The position numbers were made by a program, and so were the translations under genes. Positions 39,357 through 49,702 of a DNA stretch of 64,000 bases are shown here, in pieces. Below the pieces are notes generated by a model that worked only from the letters and a program-made list of their open reading frames with translations, searched no databases and had not been told where the DNA came from. Source of the DNA: Gemmatimonadota bacterium. Lineage in GTDB: Bacteria; Gemmatimonadota; Gemmatimonadetes; Gemmatimonadales; GWC2-71-9. The stretch is taken from positions 1 through 64,000 of the forward strand of contig JAZDCY010000033.1 of NCBI GenBank assembly GCA_036679645.1, read 5' to 3'. Numbering within the stretch: the first letter of the stretch is position 1; every line of letters starts with the position of its first letter.

Positions 39357-41135
39357 TCAGTAGTCCACCGGCCTCAGGTAGCTCTCCCCAATAGCCGTAC
39401 TGGACACCATCGCCACCGTCGGGAGACGACGCTTCCAGTGGGTTGAGTCGAGTCGTTGCTTGACGAGATCTACCTCCGCCTGCAAGAACCCGCGCTCCAC
39501 GACCTCGGCGACGCTCATGCCACCCAGCAGCCAGTGGAGGATCATGTCAGCCCTGGCGTAGGAGATACCAAGATCCGCCTCATCGGTCTGACCTTGAATG
39601 AGGTCCGCCGTGGCCGGCTTCTCGACGATCTGGTCCGAAATGCCGAGGTGCCGGGCCAGAGCCCAGACCTGCGACTTCCACAGATCGCCAAGTGGGTTGA
39701 CCGGCGGGGAGTCGTCGGCGTGCCATGTGAAATAACCAAGCAGTCGCTCGGTCTTGTTCCCGGTACCGAGCGGGAGTGCGTGATGTTTGGCTGAGAGATC
39801 GAAGAGGGCGATCATCCGCACGCGCGCCATGACATTGCCCCGTCGCGTGGGATCGCCGTCGTCCGGTGTCGAGGCGTAGAACCCGTCAACCGCTTCGGAG
39901 ATATCGATCGTGATCGTCTCGATCCCCAACTGGCGCGCCGCGAGCGCGGCATGCTCCAGGCTCTCGGGAGACGATGTCCGGTAGGGCAGTCGTACACCGA
40001 TCACATTCGCCGGACCGAACGCGCGCGCGGCCAGTGCGGCGGTGACCGAACTGTCCACCCCGCCGGACAACGCCACGATGCCGCGCTGGAATCCGCGGCG
40101 CTCGATCACCTCCTCGCGCAGGAACGTCACCAGCCACCGCTCGAGCAGTTCGCCATTGATGGAGAGCGGGTCACCCGGCGGGTCCGGGTCTACCACGAGA
40201 TGGGTGGCGGGCTCAGGCTGGGCCACACTTGGCGACGCCCCGCACGCCGGATCATACGCCGCCGGCTCGCGCCGCCGCTCCGGTGCGCCGCGGATAAGTA
40301 CCGGCAGTGCAGACTGCAGATCGGAGAGCAGCGGCGCGTCCGCCCGCGCGCGTGTGAGCGCCCGCTTGTCGAGTCGCGCACGGACGATGGCCTCCTCGAA
40401 CTCCGGCCCCTCGAGGAGTTGATTGCCGTCGGGTCCCACGAGCGTCGACCTACCCTGGAACCGCTTGCCTCCCTCGAACCCGACGATCTGGACGAGTGCC
40501 GCGTAGACACCGTGCTCGGCTGCGATGACACGCAGGATCCGGTTCCACGTCTCGACGTTGTTGGCTCCCGTACCGATCGGGGCGACGCCGCGCGCCGGCG
40601 ACGCGCTGGGGACCAACAAGAGCTGCGCGCCGTCGAGTGCCGCGATCGTGGCCGTGGTCGAGTGCCACAGGTCTTCGCAGATCAGCATCGCGACGCGCCC
40701 CCAACTCGTATCGAACGCCTGAACGCTCCGTCCCGCATCGACGAAGCGTTCCTCGTCAAACAGGCCGTACGTGGGGAGAAACACCTTGCGGTGCACATGC
40801 CGGATCCCGGCGTCACTGCCGCCCAAGGTGGCGTACAGGGCGGAGTTGTGATGGTGGCTCTGGTGCTCCTCGTAGAAACCGACGCATACGTCGAGCGGCG
40901 GCGCGCCCGAGAGGTCGTGCTGTGCGGCCAGGTCGCGGTACAACGTCCCCGCGCTCACCGCCACCTCCCGCACGCCGCCCTCGAGGAAATAACCCGACAT
41001 CACCGACTCACCGAAAACCACGAGACCCGGCGGTTCGTCCCACGCCCCGACCTGCGCGAGCACGTTCGCCACACGGTGGAGGTTCCCGGCGTAGTCGGCC
41101 TTGGCCGGCCGGATCTGGGCCAGCGCAATCAGCAT
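39357..41135 (-). CDS. nadE: Glutamine-dependent NAD+ synthetase
   Basis: Nitrilase domain (E, HRKVFLPTYG, ICED) plus SGGVDS, GNVMARVRM, GTGNKTE. Confidence 0.93.
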   Translation of the reverse strand: MLIALAQIRPAKADYAGNLHRVANVLAQVGAWDEPPGLVVFGESVMSGYFLEGGVREVAVSAGTLYRDLAAQHDLSGAPPLDVCVGFYEEHQSHHHNSALYATLGGSDAGIRHVHRKVFLPTYGLFDEERFVDAGRSVQAFDTSWGRVAMLICEDLWHSTTATIAALDGAQLLLVPSASPARGVAPIGTGANNVETWNRILRVIAAEHGVYAALVQIVGFEGGKRFQGRSTLVGPDGNQLLEGPEFEEAIVRARLDKRALTRARADAPLLSDLQSALPVLIRGAPERRREPAAYDPACGASPSVAQPEPATHLVVDPDPPGDPLSINGELLERWLVTFLREEVIERRGFQRGIVALSGGVDSSVTAALAARAFGPANVIGVRLPYRTSSPESLEHAALAARQLGIETITIDISEAVDGFYASTPDDGDPTRRGNVMARVRMIALFDLSAKHHALPLGTGNKTERLLGYFTWHADDSPPVNPLGDLWKSQVWALARHLGISDQIVEKPATADLIQGQTDEADLGISYARADMILHWLLGGMSVAEVVERGFLQAEVDLVKQRLDSTHWKRRLPTVAMVSSTAIGESYLRPVDY

Positions 41136-41139
41136 GCTG

Positions 41140-42759
41140 TTACCGCACCCGCCACGTCCAAAGCGTTGCCGCCCATTGATCCGAGCGAATCGTCACGTTG
41201 TCAAACCGTTCGTGTACGCCGGCTATCGTCGTCGGCGTGAACAACCAGACCCCGGGCGCATCTTCGTTGATGACCGTCATCGCCTCACCCCACAGCGCTT
41301 GTGCGCGACCTGCGTCCCACTCGGTCGCCGCCGCTTGGAGCAGGGAATCGAACGCCGCGCTGCGGTACTCGCCGTAGTTGAACCCGCCAATCGCGGCACT
41401 CGACCAGAGCTCCCGGATCGCCGACGGCGTCACGTCGGTACCCCACATCCCCACCATCGCGTCGAACCGGCCCTGCCCTCCCCGATCGACAAAGGCGTTG
41501 AACTCGACGGGCGTGATGCGTACCTCGATACCGACGGCACGCAACTGCTGCTCCATGATCACCGCCGCCTGCTCGCGCACCTGGCTGGTAGACGAGTAGA
41601 TCAACTCGAACGACAGACGTTCCCCGGCGCGCTCGCGAATGCCGTCACCGTCGGTGTCACGCCATCCGAGATCGCTCAGCACCCGGCGCGCGGCCGCGGA
41701 ATCGTACGGCAGTTGCCGGCGGTCGGGGTCCCATATGCTCGTTACGGGCGTCGTGGGTCCACCGGGGACCTGTCCCCACTCGCCAAACACCGCCGCCACG
41801 ATTGCATCGCGATCGATCGCCAGCGACACAGCACGACGCATTGCGCGGTCGGCAAACAGCGGGTTGGGACGTGTCCGGTCTCCCGAGGCACGGAGGTTGA
41901 ACCCGAGGTACGCGTAGAGAATTGACCCATACTCGTACAGCCGGATGTGCTCCAGTTCGTGAACCCGCTCGATGTTGTCGCGACCGATTACGGCCTCGAT
42001 GATATCCGCGTCGCCGGCGGCCAGCTGCGCGATCGACGCCGTATAGTCCGGCGTGATACGCCAGATCAGACGCGCAATCCCAGGCGCACCCAGGAAGAAC
42101 GACGAATCGGCCCGCAGCTCGATCGTCGTGTTGGGCTGCCACGCCACGAAACGATACGGGCCGGAGCCGATGGGATTCCGCAGGAACTCGTGCGTGCCGA
42201 GCCGGGCGCGCGGGATCGTGTCGAGCAAGTGCCGCGGCATGATGTACAGGTGATAGACCGCGTCGTAGAACTGTTCCGGGTAGCTGCGGGAGAAATGAAA
42301 CACGACCGTACGCTCGTCCGCCGCGGTGACGCTCTCGATGGCCTCCAACAGTGGCCCCGCCGTTGCCGCAATCGCTGAATCGGTATACAGGTCGTACGTG
42401 AACGCGACATCCGCGGCGGTCACGGCCACGCCGTCGTGCCAGCGGGCGTCCGGATGGATCCGAAACGAAGTCGTCAGTGAATCGTCGAACGTCCACGACT
42501 CGGCCAGGGCCGGGACGAAGCCATCGTCGCCCACCGTGTTCAGTTCGAGCCCCAGGTCGGCCAGCTTCAGGAAGAGTTGATGCCCCACCGCCTGCCCGAT
42601 ATTCGTGCTGCTGAAGAGGGGGACGATGGCATCGGCGTCCGCCCCCGTCGTCACCACCGCAGCGGCGCAGTCGCCCACGCAGGGAGGCGCCGATTCGCAC
42701 GCAGCCAGGCCAAGTGCGGTGGCACCGACGAGTACAGCCAGCTTGATAGGCATGGGCAT
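41140..42759 (-). CDS. ABC peptide/nickel substrate-binding lipoprotein (family 5)
   Basis: LAAC; ALAESW, WHDGVAVTAADVAFT, PIGSGPY. Confidence 0.92.
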   Translation of the reverse strand: MPMPIKLAVLVGATALGLAACESAPPCVGDCAAAVVTTGADADAIVPLFSSTNIGQAVGHQLFLKLADLGLELNTVGDDGFVPALAESWTFDDSLTTSFRIHPDARWHDGVAVTAADVAFTYDLYTDSAIAATAGPLLEAIESVTAADERTVVFHFSRSYPEQFYDAVYHLYIMPRHLLDTIPRARLGTHEFLRNPIGSGPYRFVAWQPNTTIELRADSSFFLGAPGIARLIWRITPDYTASIAQLAAGDADIIEAVIGRDNIERVHELEHIRLYEYGSILYAYLGFNLRASGDRTRPNPLFADRAMRRAVSLAIDRDAIVAAVFGEWGQVPGGPTTPVTSIWDPDRRQLPYDSAAARRVLSDLGWRDTDGDGIRERAGERLSFELIYSSTSQVREQAAVIMEQQLRAVGIEVRITPVEFNAFVDRGGQGRFDAMVGMWGTDVTPSAIRELWSSAAIGGFNYGEYRSAAFDSLLQAAATEWDAGRAQALWGEAMTVINEDAPGVWLFTPTTIAGVHERFDNVTIRSDQWAATLWTWRVR

Positions 42760-42895
42760 CTAATGTAAGAGTGCGCCCCACTTTGAGCTAAGTGTATCAA
42801 AACGAGGCAGGCCCGCCGGAGGTCTGAGCATGAACATATCCATGTAATCCGTTGTAAAGCAACCTCTTACGTCGATCTTGCCATCACCCTGACCC

Positions 42896-42910
42896 TGGCA
42901 CCGGCGTTGC
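42896..42910 (+). promoter_or_regulatory. Sigma-54 promoter (-24/-12)
   Basis: TGGCAC-CGGCG-TTGC matches TGGCAC-N5-TTGC; 70 bp before ATG 42980. Confidence 0.8.
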
Positions 42911-42979
42911 CCTTACTCCGGGCGGCAGCGGCATCGGGTCGCTCGCCCGCAGCTACGAACTTTGAGGAGGGATACCAAC

Positions 42980-43771
42980 ATGAAGCGCTTTATGGTTGCA
43001 ATGGTTTTCACCACGTTTGCGGCTGCCGCATGCGGCGACAGCACCGGTCTGGGAGCGGGGGAGCGCGCTGTTTCGCTGTCGTTCACGACAACGCAACCCG
43101 CGGGTGCGGCGTTCGCCGCCACCCGTCCGTTCTTTGGTGTGACCGGCGATACGGTGGTCTCGGGCACCGACATGATCATCATCGACCGCGTTCGCATGGT
43201 CCTGCGCGAGATAGAGCTCAAGCGGGTTGAAGATCAGTTCTGCGAAGACTCCTCTGGCGAGGGCGAAGACAACGACGACTGTGAAGAGTTCGAGATCGGG
43301 CCGTTGCTCCTCGACCTTCCGCTCAACGGAATGGTCGAGACCGAGGTCTCGGTGGTCGTGGACACCGGCACGTACGACGAGATCGAGTTCGACATCCACA
43401 AACCCAGCGACGACTCTGCGGCTGATTCCGCCTTCCGGGCTGCCAATCCGCTATTCACCGAGACGAGTATCCGCGTCGAAGGTTCGTTCAACGGACAGCC
43501 GTTCGTATACGAGACGGACCTGAACGTCGATCAGGAAATCGAGTTGACCGATCCGTTGATCGTGACGGACCAAACAGCGGCGACGAACGTCACACTGAGC
43601 GTCGCTCTCGACGTCTGGTTCCGCGACGCGTCGGGTGCCTTGGTCGATCCCGAGACCGGGAACAAGGGCAGCGTCAACGAGAACCTCATCAAGGACAACA
43701 TCAAGGACTCCTTTGAAGCATTCGAAGATGAGGATCGCGACGGCGACGACGACGACGGGGACGACTCGTAG
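42980..43771 (+). CDS. Acidic lipoprotein, paralog 1
   Basis: AAAC lipobox; LREIELKR, GPLLLDLPL, EIEFDIHKP. Confidence 0.8.
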   Translation: MKRFMVAMVFTTFAAAACGDSTGLGAGERAVSLSFTTTQPAGAAFAATRPFFGVTGDTVVSGTDMIIIDRVRMVLREIELKRVEDQFCEDSSGEGEDNDDCEEFEIGPLLLDLPLNGMVETEVSVVVDTGTYDEIEFDIHKPSDDSAADSAFRAANPLFTETSIRVEGSFNGQPFVYETDLNVDQEIELTDPLIVTDQTAATNVTLSVALDVWFRDASGALVDPETGNKGSVNENLIKDNIKDSFEAFEDEDRDGDDDDGDDS

Positions 43772-43843
43772 TCGCTAACTTTCAGCGCATTGGTGGGGGC
43801 GCGCTTCGAGCGTCCCCACATCGCTGACATAGGAGGATCAATC

Positions 43844-44599
43844 GTGAAACGCCTAATACTCGCTATGCTCGTCGCCATTGCGGCGGCATGTACGACGACG
43901 AACGGGCCGGACAGCGAGTTTGCCAACGTCCAGGTGTCGTTCGCCACACAGCGACCGGCCGGACCTCTGGCGTCGGGCGCTTTCCTGAGCCGGGCCGCCG
44001 GAGACACCATCATCACCGGGACCGACACGCTCGTGATCGACCGCGTACAGGTGGTCTTGCGGGAAATCGAACTGAAGCGCGTGGCAACGACGGACTGCGA
44101 CAGCGCGGCCGATGAGGACGCGTGTGAGAGATTCGAAACGGGTCCGGTGCTCGTTGACCTGCCGCTCGGCAGCACGGTTCAGCAGAAGTTCGCGGTGAAC
44201 GTGCCCGTCGGCAGCTACAACGAAATCGAGTTCGACATCCACAAGCCCGACGATGACGATCCGAGCGACCAGGTATTCATCGCCAACAACCCGACGTTCG
44301 CCGCCATCAGCATACGCGTGACGGGAACGTTCAACGATACGGCATACGTGTACACGTCCGATCTCAATGTCCAGCAGGAGCTGGCTTTGGTACCCGCGCT
44401 CGAGATTACGGACATGACGGGTGCGACGAACCTCACCGTCCTGGTCGATATCGACTCGTGGTTCCGCAATGCGTCCGGTGCGGTGGTGGACCCCACCTCC
44501 GCCAACAAGGGCGGTCCCAACGAGAACCTCGTGAAGGAGAACATCAAGAACTCGGTCGAGGCGTTCGAAGATGACGATCGGGACGGCGCAGAGGACTAA
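43844..44599 (+). CDS. Acidic lipoprotein, paralog 2
   Basis: Same motifs as 42980-43771; AGGAGG RBS before GTG. Confidence 0.8.
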   Translation: MKRLILAMLVAIAAACTTTNGPDSEFANVQVSFATQRPAGPLASGAFLSRAAGDTIITGTDTLVIDRVQVVLREIELKRVATTDCDSAADEDACERFETGPVLVDLPLGSTVQQKFAVNVPVGSYNEIEFDIHKPDDDDPSDQVFIANNPTFAAISIRVTGTFNDTAYVYTSDLNVQQELALVPALEITDMTGATNLTVLVDIDSWFRNASGAVVDPTSANKGGPNENLVKENIKNSVEAFEDDDRDGAED

Positions 44600-44608
44600 C
44601 GGGCCAGC

Positions 44609-45949
44609 GTGAGCGACAACCCCGTACTTGCGATCGTCATGATCTCCGATTCCTTCGAGTCGGCCTGGCCGGATCTCGCCGAGGAGGCGAAGGCTATGCT
44701 GGCCACCTTGGCCCCGGGCGACGAGGCGCCGTCAGGTGTATCGGCGGTCCTCGTTGCCGCGGGCGGGATGGAGGCAAAGGGGCTGGAGACCGTCCAGGAG
44801 GTCGCGGACCGCGCGGCGGGACCGGTCTACCTGGTCGGCTCAGAGCCATCGCATCGCTTCGGAGTCGAAGCCGTGCGGCACGGCGCGGCAGATTACTTCG
44901 CCCTGCCCCAGGACTACGACCTCCTGCGACGTACGGTGTTCTCGCGCATCGACGCATCGCGCGAGCGGCATCGGCGCTCGGGTGAGCGGAAGCTCGGCGA
45001 TCCCTTTGCCGAGTTGATCGGCGAGAGCCCTGCGCTCAAGGACACGCTCCACAAGGCGAGTCGGGTGCTGCGGCACCGGGACATCACGGTGCTGATCGGC
45101 GGGGAGACCGGTACCGGCAAGGAGCTACTTGCCCGGGCGCTGCACCGGGGCAGCCCGCGAGCCGATGGACCGTTCGTCGCTGTTAACTGTGCCGCCATCC
45201 CGGCGCAGCTGCTCGAGAGCGAGCTGTTCGGTCACGAGCGGGGCGCCTTCACCGACGCGCACCGCGCCAAGCCCGGCCTCTTCGAGGAAGCCGACAGCGG
45301 CACGCTCTTTCTGGATGAGATTGGGCACCTCCCGCTTCCGCTGCAGGGCAAGCTGCTGCGCGCGCTGGACGATCGGGAAATTCGCCGAGTTGGTGCAACG
45401 CGCTCCAAGTCGGTCGACGTGCGTATCGTCTCCGCCACGAACGTGGACCTGCGTGATTCCGTGGCGCGCGGGGACTTTCGCGAAGACCTCTTCTATCGGC
45501 TGAACGTGGTACACCTCACGCTCCCTCCGCTGCGCGAGCGCGGTGACGACGTCATTCGTCTGGCCGAGAGATTTGCGGTCTCGCTGGCGCAGCGATACGG
45601 CCTGCAGGTGCCCCGCCTGAGCAGCCGCGTCCACGACACGCTGCGCGCGTATCCGTGGCCGGGCAACGTGCGCGAGCTGCGCCACGCAATCGAGCGCGCG
45701 CTCGTGCTCTCCGAGCCGGGCACCCTGGCCGTCGATGAGCTCACGCCGCCGGCGCCCGCGCCCGCAGGTGGCACGTCACCTCTGCCGTTCCCGGCGACGC
45801 TCGACGCGATCGAGGCGGCCGCGGCACAGGCCGCGGTCGAGCTCCACAAAGGAAACAAGAGCGCCGCGGCACGCGGGCTGGGCATCTCGCGATCCCGTCT
45901 GCAACGGCTGCTCGACCTGGCGGAGGTCTCCGATGCCGGCGCTGAATGA
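44609..45949 (+). CDS. Sigma54-dependent transcriptional activator (AAA+, Fis HTH)
   Basis: [46 protein letters not shown]. Confidence 0.95.
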   Translation: MSDNPVLAIVMISDSFESAWPDLAEEAKAMLATLAPGDEAPSGVSAVLVAAGGMEAKGLETVQEVADRAAGPVYLVGSEPSHRFGVEAVRHGAADYFALPQDYDLLRRTVFSRIDASRERHRRSGERKLGDPFAELIGESPALKDTLHKASRVLRHRDITVLIGGETGTGKELLARALHRGSPRADGPFVAVNCAAIPAQLLESELFGHERGAFTDAHRAKPGLFEEADSGTLFLDEIGHLPLPLQGKLLRALDDREIRRVGATRSKSVDVRIVSATNVDLRDSVARGDFREDLFYRLNVVHLTLPPLRERGDDVIRLAERFAVSLAQRYGLQVPRLSSRVHDTLRAYPWPGNVRELRHAIERALVLSEPGTLAVDELTPPAPAPAGGTSPLPFPATLDAIEAAAAQAAVELHKGNKSAAARGLGISRSRLQRLLDLAEVSDAGAE

Positions 45950-46937
45950 TCCGCTGCGCCGCGCGCGCCGGTCTGTGCAAGAGCGACGGTTCCAGGAAGC
46001 GTCCGACGAGCTGCGACGTTCGGGACGCGAGGAGCGCGAAGCGCCAGAGTGGCGGTTGCTCTTTGCGATCGTGGCGTGGCGTCTGGGAGACTTCACCGCA
46101 AGCCGCGCGGAAGCCAAGCAGGCGTGCCTAGCGTTCAGCAGTCGCGGGGACGCAGACGGCGAAATGCGCGCCGCCAATGTCGCCGCGGCCGGCGCCTTTG
46201 CACTCGGCGATCTGGAAGAAGCCGAGATGGGGTTCGAGCAGGCACTGGCGATCGCGAAGCGGTTGTCCGATGAGGTGATGATCGCGCGATGCTCGAACAA
46301 TCTCGGCAATGTCTGGTTCTACCTGGGTCGGCACGAGCGCGCACAGGCCTACTACCGGTTGGCCCGCGCCGGGTTCGAGCGGGTGGGGTTCGACCACGGT
46401 ATTGCCGAGACGTGGCTGAACTCGGGCTTCGTGCTGCGTGACCTCGGCAAGATGGAGGAGGCTTACACGGCGGCGGATACCGCGCTCGACATCGCCGAGC
46501 GCGCGGGCTCGACGCGAGTTATCGCGCAGGTGTTCTCGAGCCGCGGCGAAGCGACCGCCGCACTTGGCGACGTGGCGCTTGGCGAGAGCCAGGTGCAGCG
46601 GGGCTTGGCGCTCGCGCAGCAGGAAGAGGACCGGCTCGCTGAGGCCGAAGCGCTGCGGGTCTTGGGAAACATCGCGCGCGCGCGCGAGCAACTGGACGAC
46701 GCGGAGCGTCTCGGGCGGCAGGCGCTCGAGATCGTGAGCGATGCACACCACCCGTGGGCGGCGGCGGAGGTGCAGCGCGATCTCGCGGCGACCTATCTTG
46801 CCCAGCACCGTCCGGCCGAAGCGGCGGCGGCGTACCGGGCGGCGGAGGGAGCGTTCCTCCGGCTCGGATCGATGGTACGCGCCCACAAGATGGCTCAGTT
46901 GGCCAACGACGTCCCGTCATCCAACCCAACCAACTAG
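45933..46937 (+). CDS. Tetratricopeptide repeat protein
   Basis: Ala-rich helical repeats, NNLGNV, LGNIAR. Confidence 0.85.
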   Translation: MPALNDPLRRARRSVQERRFQEASDELRRSGREEREAPEWRLLFAIVAWRLGDFTASRAEAKQACLAFSSRGDADGEMRAANVAAAGAFALGDLEEAEMGFEQALAIAKRLSDEVMIARCSNNLGNVWFYLGRHERAQAYYRLARAGFERVGFDHGIAETWLNSGFVLRDLGKMEEAYTAADTALDIAERAGSTRVIAQVFSSRGEATAALGDVALGESQVQRGLALAQQEEDRLAEAEALRVLGNIARAREQLDDAERLGRQALEIVSDAHHPWAAAEVQRDLAATYLAQHRPAEAAAAYRAAEGAFLRLGSMVRAHKMAQLANDVPSSNPTN

Positions 46938-47767
46938 TCGCGCGCAGGCTCGAAGAGGGCGCGTCCGTACCGCGCAACCCCGTACTCCCCAATTGCGCGA
47001 AGCGTCTCCGGAGAGAGCAGATACTCGGCGAGCAGCCGCGCGCCTTCCGCATTGACGTGCGGGAACCGCTCTGGGTTGACGCGTATCACGTGATAGGAGT
47101 TCACGAGCGCGCTGTCGTGTTCTACGAAAACCTCGAGACGTAGCGGCGCCTTGTGGGCGAGAAAAGTGCCGATGTCGGACAACGTGTAAGCACCGAACTG
47201 GTCGGCGATCACGAGCGACGCACCCATCCCCTGCCCAGTCTCACGGAGCATGTCCTCTGCGGGTTCGACGCCGCTCAACCCCCACAAGAGCCTTTCGCGC
47301 GTATGGGTCCCCGATCGATCGCCGCGAGACACGAACAAAGCCCCGTACGCGACGATGGCGCGAAACGCATCGACCGCCGAACGACCACGAATGGCGGCAG
47401 GATCCTCCGGAGGTCCGACGATCACGAAGGTATTGTGCATGAGCGGACGCCGGTCGATCCCGAAACCCTCATCCACGAACCGGCGCTCCCCGTCGGGTTC
47501 GTGCAGGATGAGGATGTCGGCAACGCCACGGCGACCCAATTCCATGGCTTGTCCACTGCCCACGGCCAAGACCCGGACACTGACGCCGCTTGCCAGCTCG
47601 AAGGGAGGCAGCAGGACGTCCAGCAGACCCGCATCTCGCACGGACGTCGTGGTCGCAAGAACGACGTCCCTGGTCTGGGCTGCTGCAGCGGGCACGACGA
47701 AGGGCGGCGTGAACGCCGCCATAATGGCGCAGAGGAGGGCGCGGACGGAAAGGCCGTGACGAGACAT
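46934..47767 (-). CDS. tupA: Tungstate ABC substrate-binding protein (TupA-like)
   Basis: LATTTSVRDAGLL, GSGQA, SRGDRSGTH, YTLSD. Confidence 0.85.
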   Translation of the reverse strand: MSRHGLSVRALLCAIMAAFTPPFVVPAAAAQTRDVVLATTTSVRDAGLLDVLLPPFELASGVSVRVLAVGSGQAMELGRRGVADILILHEPDGERRFVDEGFGIDRRPLMHNTFVIVGPPEDPAAIRGRSAVDAFRAIVAYGALFVSRGDRSGTHTRERLLWGLSGVEPAEDMLRETGQGMGASLVIADQFGAYTLSDIGTFLAHKAPLRLEVFVEHDSALVNSYHVIRVNPERFPHVNAEGARLLAEYLLSPETLRAIGEYGVARYGRALFEPARD

Positions 47768-47802
47768 AGCTCCAATCTCGCCCCGGTACCTCCGCGGCGG
47801 CA

Positions 47803-48402
47803 CTAGGAGGAGGAGTCGGCTCCCTGGGATAGCGGTTCAACCGAGGGTTGAATCACCGTGTCCTGCGGCTCGAAGGGCACCGGAATGGGCCGGGACGGCC
47901 GGATCTCGTGCTCACCTCCGATCACTGTACCCACACCCACCGCGCCGCCCACCAGGGCCACCACCAGCGCGACGCGCGCCACGAACCGCTTGGCACTCGG
48001 CGCCAGCCGATCGCGGAGTTGGCGGTTCTCACTCCTGAGTATGGCCTTCTCGGCGGCCTTTTCGACCGCGGCGGCCAGATGGCCCATGTCCACCGGCTTC
48101 TCGAGAAAGTTCTCCGCCCCTAACTGCATTGCCTTCACCGCCGTCTCGATCTCTCCATGCCCGGTCAGCATGATGACCATGGCGTGCTGGCGGCGTAGGT
48201 ATTCCAACACCTCTATCCCGGACATCTCCGGCATCTGGAGATCGACGACGGTGACGTGCGGCGAGACCTGCTCGAACAGGCCCACACCCTCCTTGCCGTT
48301 GGACGCCGTGAAGACCTCGTACCCCAACTTCTGGAAATAGCGGCCCAGCGCACTCCGGACCGCTTCTTCGTCATCGATCAGCAGTACGCGATATTCGCTC
48401 AC
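47803..48402 (-). CDS. Receiver-domain protein with C-terminal TM helix
   Basis: LLIDDE, DLQMP, LTGHG, KP; hydrophobic VALVVALVGGAVGVG. Confidence 0.85.
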   Translation of the reverse strand: MSEYRVLLIDDEEAVRSALGRYFQKLGYEVFTASNGKEGVGLFEQVSPHVTVVDLQMPEMSGIEVLEYLRRQHAMVIMLTGHGEIETAVKAMQLGAENFLEKPVDMGHLAAAVEKAAEKAILRSENRQLRDRLAPSAKRFVARVALVVALVGGAVGVGTVIGGEHEIRPSRPIPVPFEPQDTVIQPSVEPLSQGADSSS

Positions 48403-48485
48403 AAATCGCTCCCATCAGGTAGTAGACCCCACAGGTGGGGAACCTTGAGAGAGTTATCGGTAAGTCGCAGCCGTTTCCAAAGACG

Positions 48486-49310
48486 TCAGCCCGTCTCGAA
48501 GAGTTCGGCTTGGGTGCGGAGTGAGGCCGGGTCCACCGGCTGCTGGCCGACCCGCCTTTGGATCTCCCGGGCGGTCTCGGGGCTATGGCCCTGATAGTGG
48601 TTGTTGACATACCCAAAAACCGTGCGAACCCGCCGCGCCAGCGCCGTCAAGATCTCTCCCCACGCGCTCAGATCCGCGCCCCGATCGAGCTGGACCCTGG
48701 AATAATCGGTGATGGCCCGGTTGGCACCCATCCACCGCACGTACGCGAAGTCCGCCGTAGGTTGGCGCGCGCACTCGAACACCCGTGTACGCCGGAGCCA
48801 GCGACCATCGGACAGGGTGAGCGCAACACGTCGCTCGGTCAGAAGATCCATTGTCTCCGTGGTGAGCCACCTGGGATCGCGGAACTCGATGGCCCAGCGG
48901 AATTCGCCGCTCAATCCGGCAAGAAACTCCGCCAGCACATCGCGGGTCGCAGGTGTCGGTCGCCAATCGGGCGCCATCTGGAGCAGAAGAACGCCCAACC
49001 GGGCGCCCAACGGTCGAACTCGCTCCAGAAACCGCTCGAGTTCTCCATCTACATCCACCAGCCGGCGCTCGTGGGTGACCTGCTGCGGCACCTTGAGGGA
49101 GAAGCGGAAATCGTCCGGCACCCGCTCGATCCACCCCCGCACTACCGGTTCAGGTGGAATCGCGTAGAACGTCGAGTCCACTTCGACGGTGCGAAACGCC
49201 AGTGCGTAGGTACCGAGCATGTCGCGCGGGCGCGTGCCAACGGGATAAAACGGCCCGACCCACGCCGGATAGTTCCACCCCTGCGTTCCGAGGCGTATCT
49301 CCGCACTCAC
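48486..49310 (-). CDS. DUF72 family protein
   Basis: GTQGWNY, VEVDSTFY, FSLKVPQ.VTH, YVNNHY. Confidence 0.92.
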   Translation of the reverse strand: MSAEIRLGTQGWNYPAWVGPFYPVGTRPRDMLGTYALAFRTVEVDSTFYAIPPEPVVRGWIERVPDDFRFSLKVPQQVTHERRLVDVDGELERFLERVRPLGARLGVLLLQMAPDWRPTPATRDVLAEFLAGLSGEFRWAIEFRDPRWLTTETMDLLTERRVALTLSDGRWLRRTRVFECARQPTADFAYVRWMGANRAITDYSRVQLDRGADLSAWGEILTALARRVRTVFGYVNNHYQGHSPETAREIQRRVGQQPVDPASLRTQAELFETG

Positions 49311-49690
49311 GGCGTGGTGACGACTCGGTGCCAGTACATGCGCACCTCCGACAGAAGATCGTTCTCCGTCTCGCAGAAGAGCGAGCCCCGCAGATCGACC
49401 GGCTCGCCAGTGCGACGCCGGCGGAATGTGCACCTGAATTCAGTGGCGAACCACGGGCCCGCAACGAAGATCTCGCCGAACCGGAACGAGATTTCCGCCT
49501 GCTCCTTGGGGAGATCCTGCCAGTAGGCGCGAATCGCATCGTGGCCGCTCAAGGGTGGGTCGAACGGGGACGGGGCAAAGACCCCGTCTGGGGTGAAGAC
49601 GCTCAGGATCTGCTCGGCGTCCTCCTTTTCCCACCCCTTCCCGAAGCGCGCGATGAGCGCCGAATACCGGTCCCTCGTATCATCTGTCAT
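49307..49690 (-). CDS. NTF2/SnoaL-like protein
   Basis: FTPDG..GHDAIRAYW..RMYWH. Confidence 0.85.
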   Translation of the reverse strand: MTDDTRDRYSALIARFGKGWEKEDAEQILSVFTPDGVFAPSPFDPPLSGHDAIRAYWQDLPKEQAEISFRFGEIFVAGPWFATEFRCTFRRRRTGEPVDLRGSLFCETENDLLSEVRMYWHRVVTTP

Positions 49691-49702
49691 GGCGGGAAGC
49701 TT

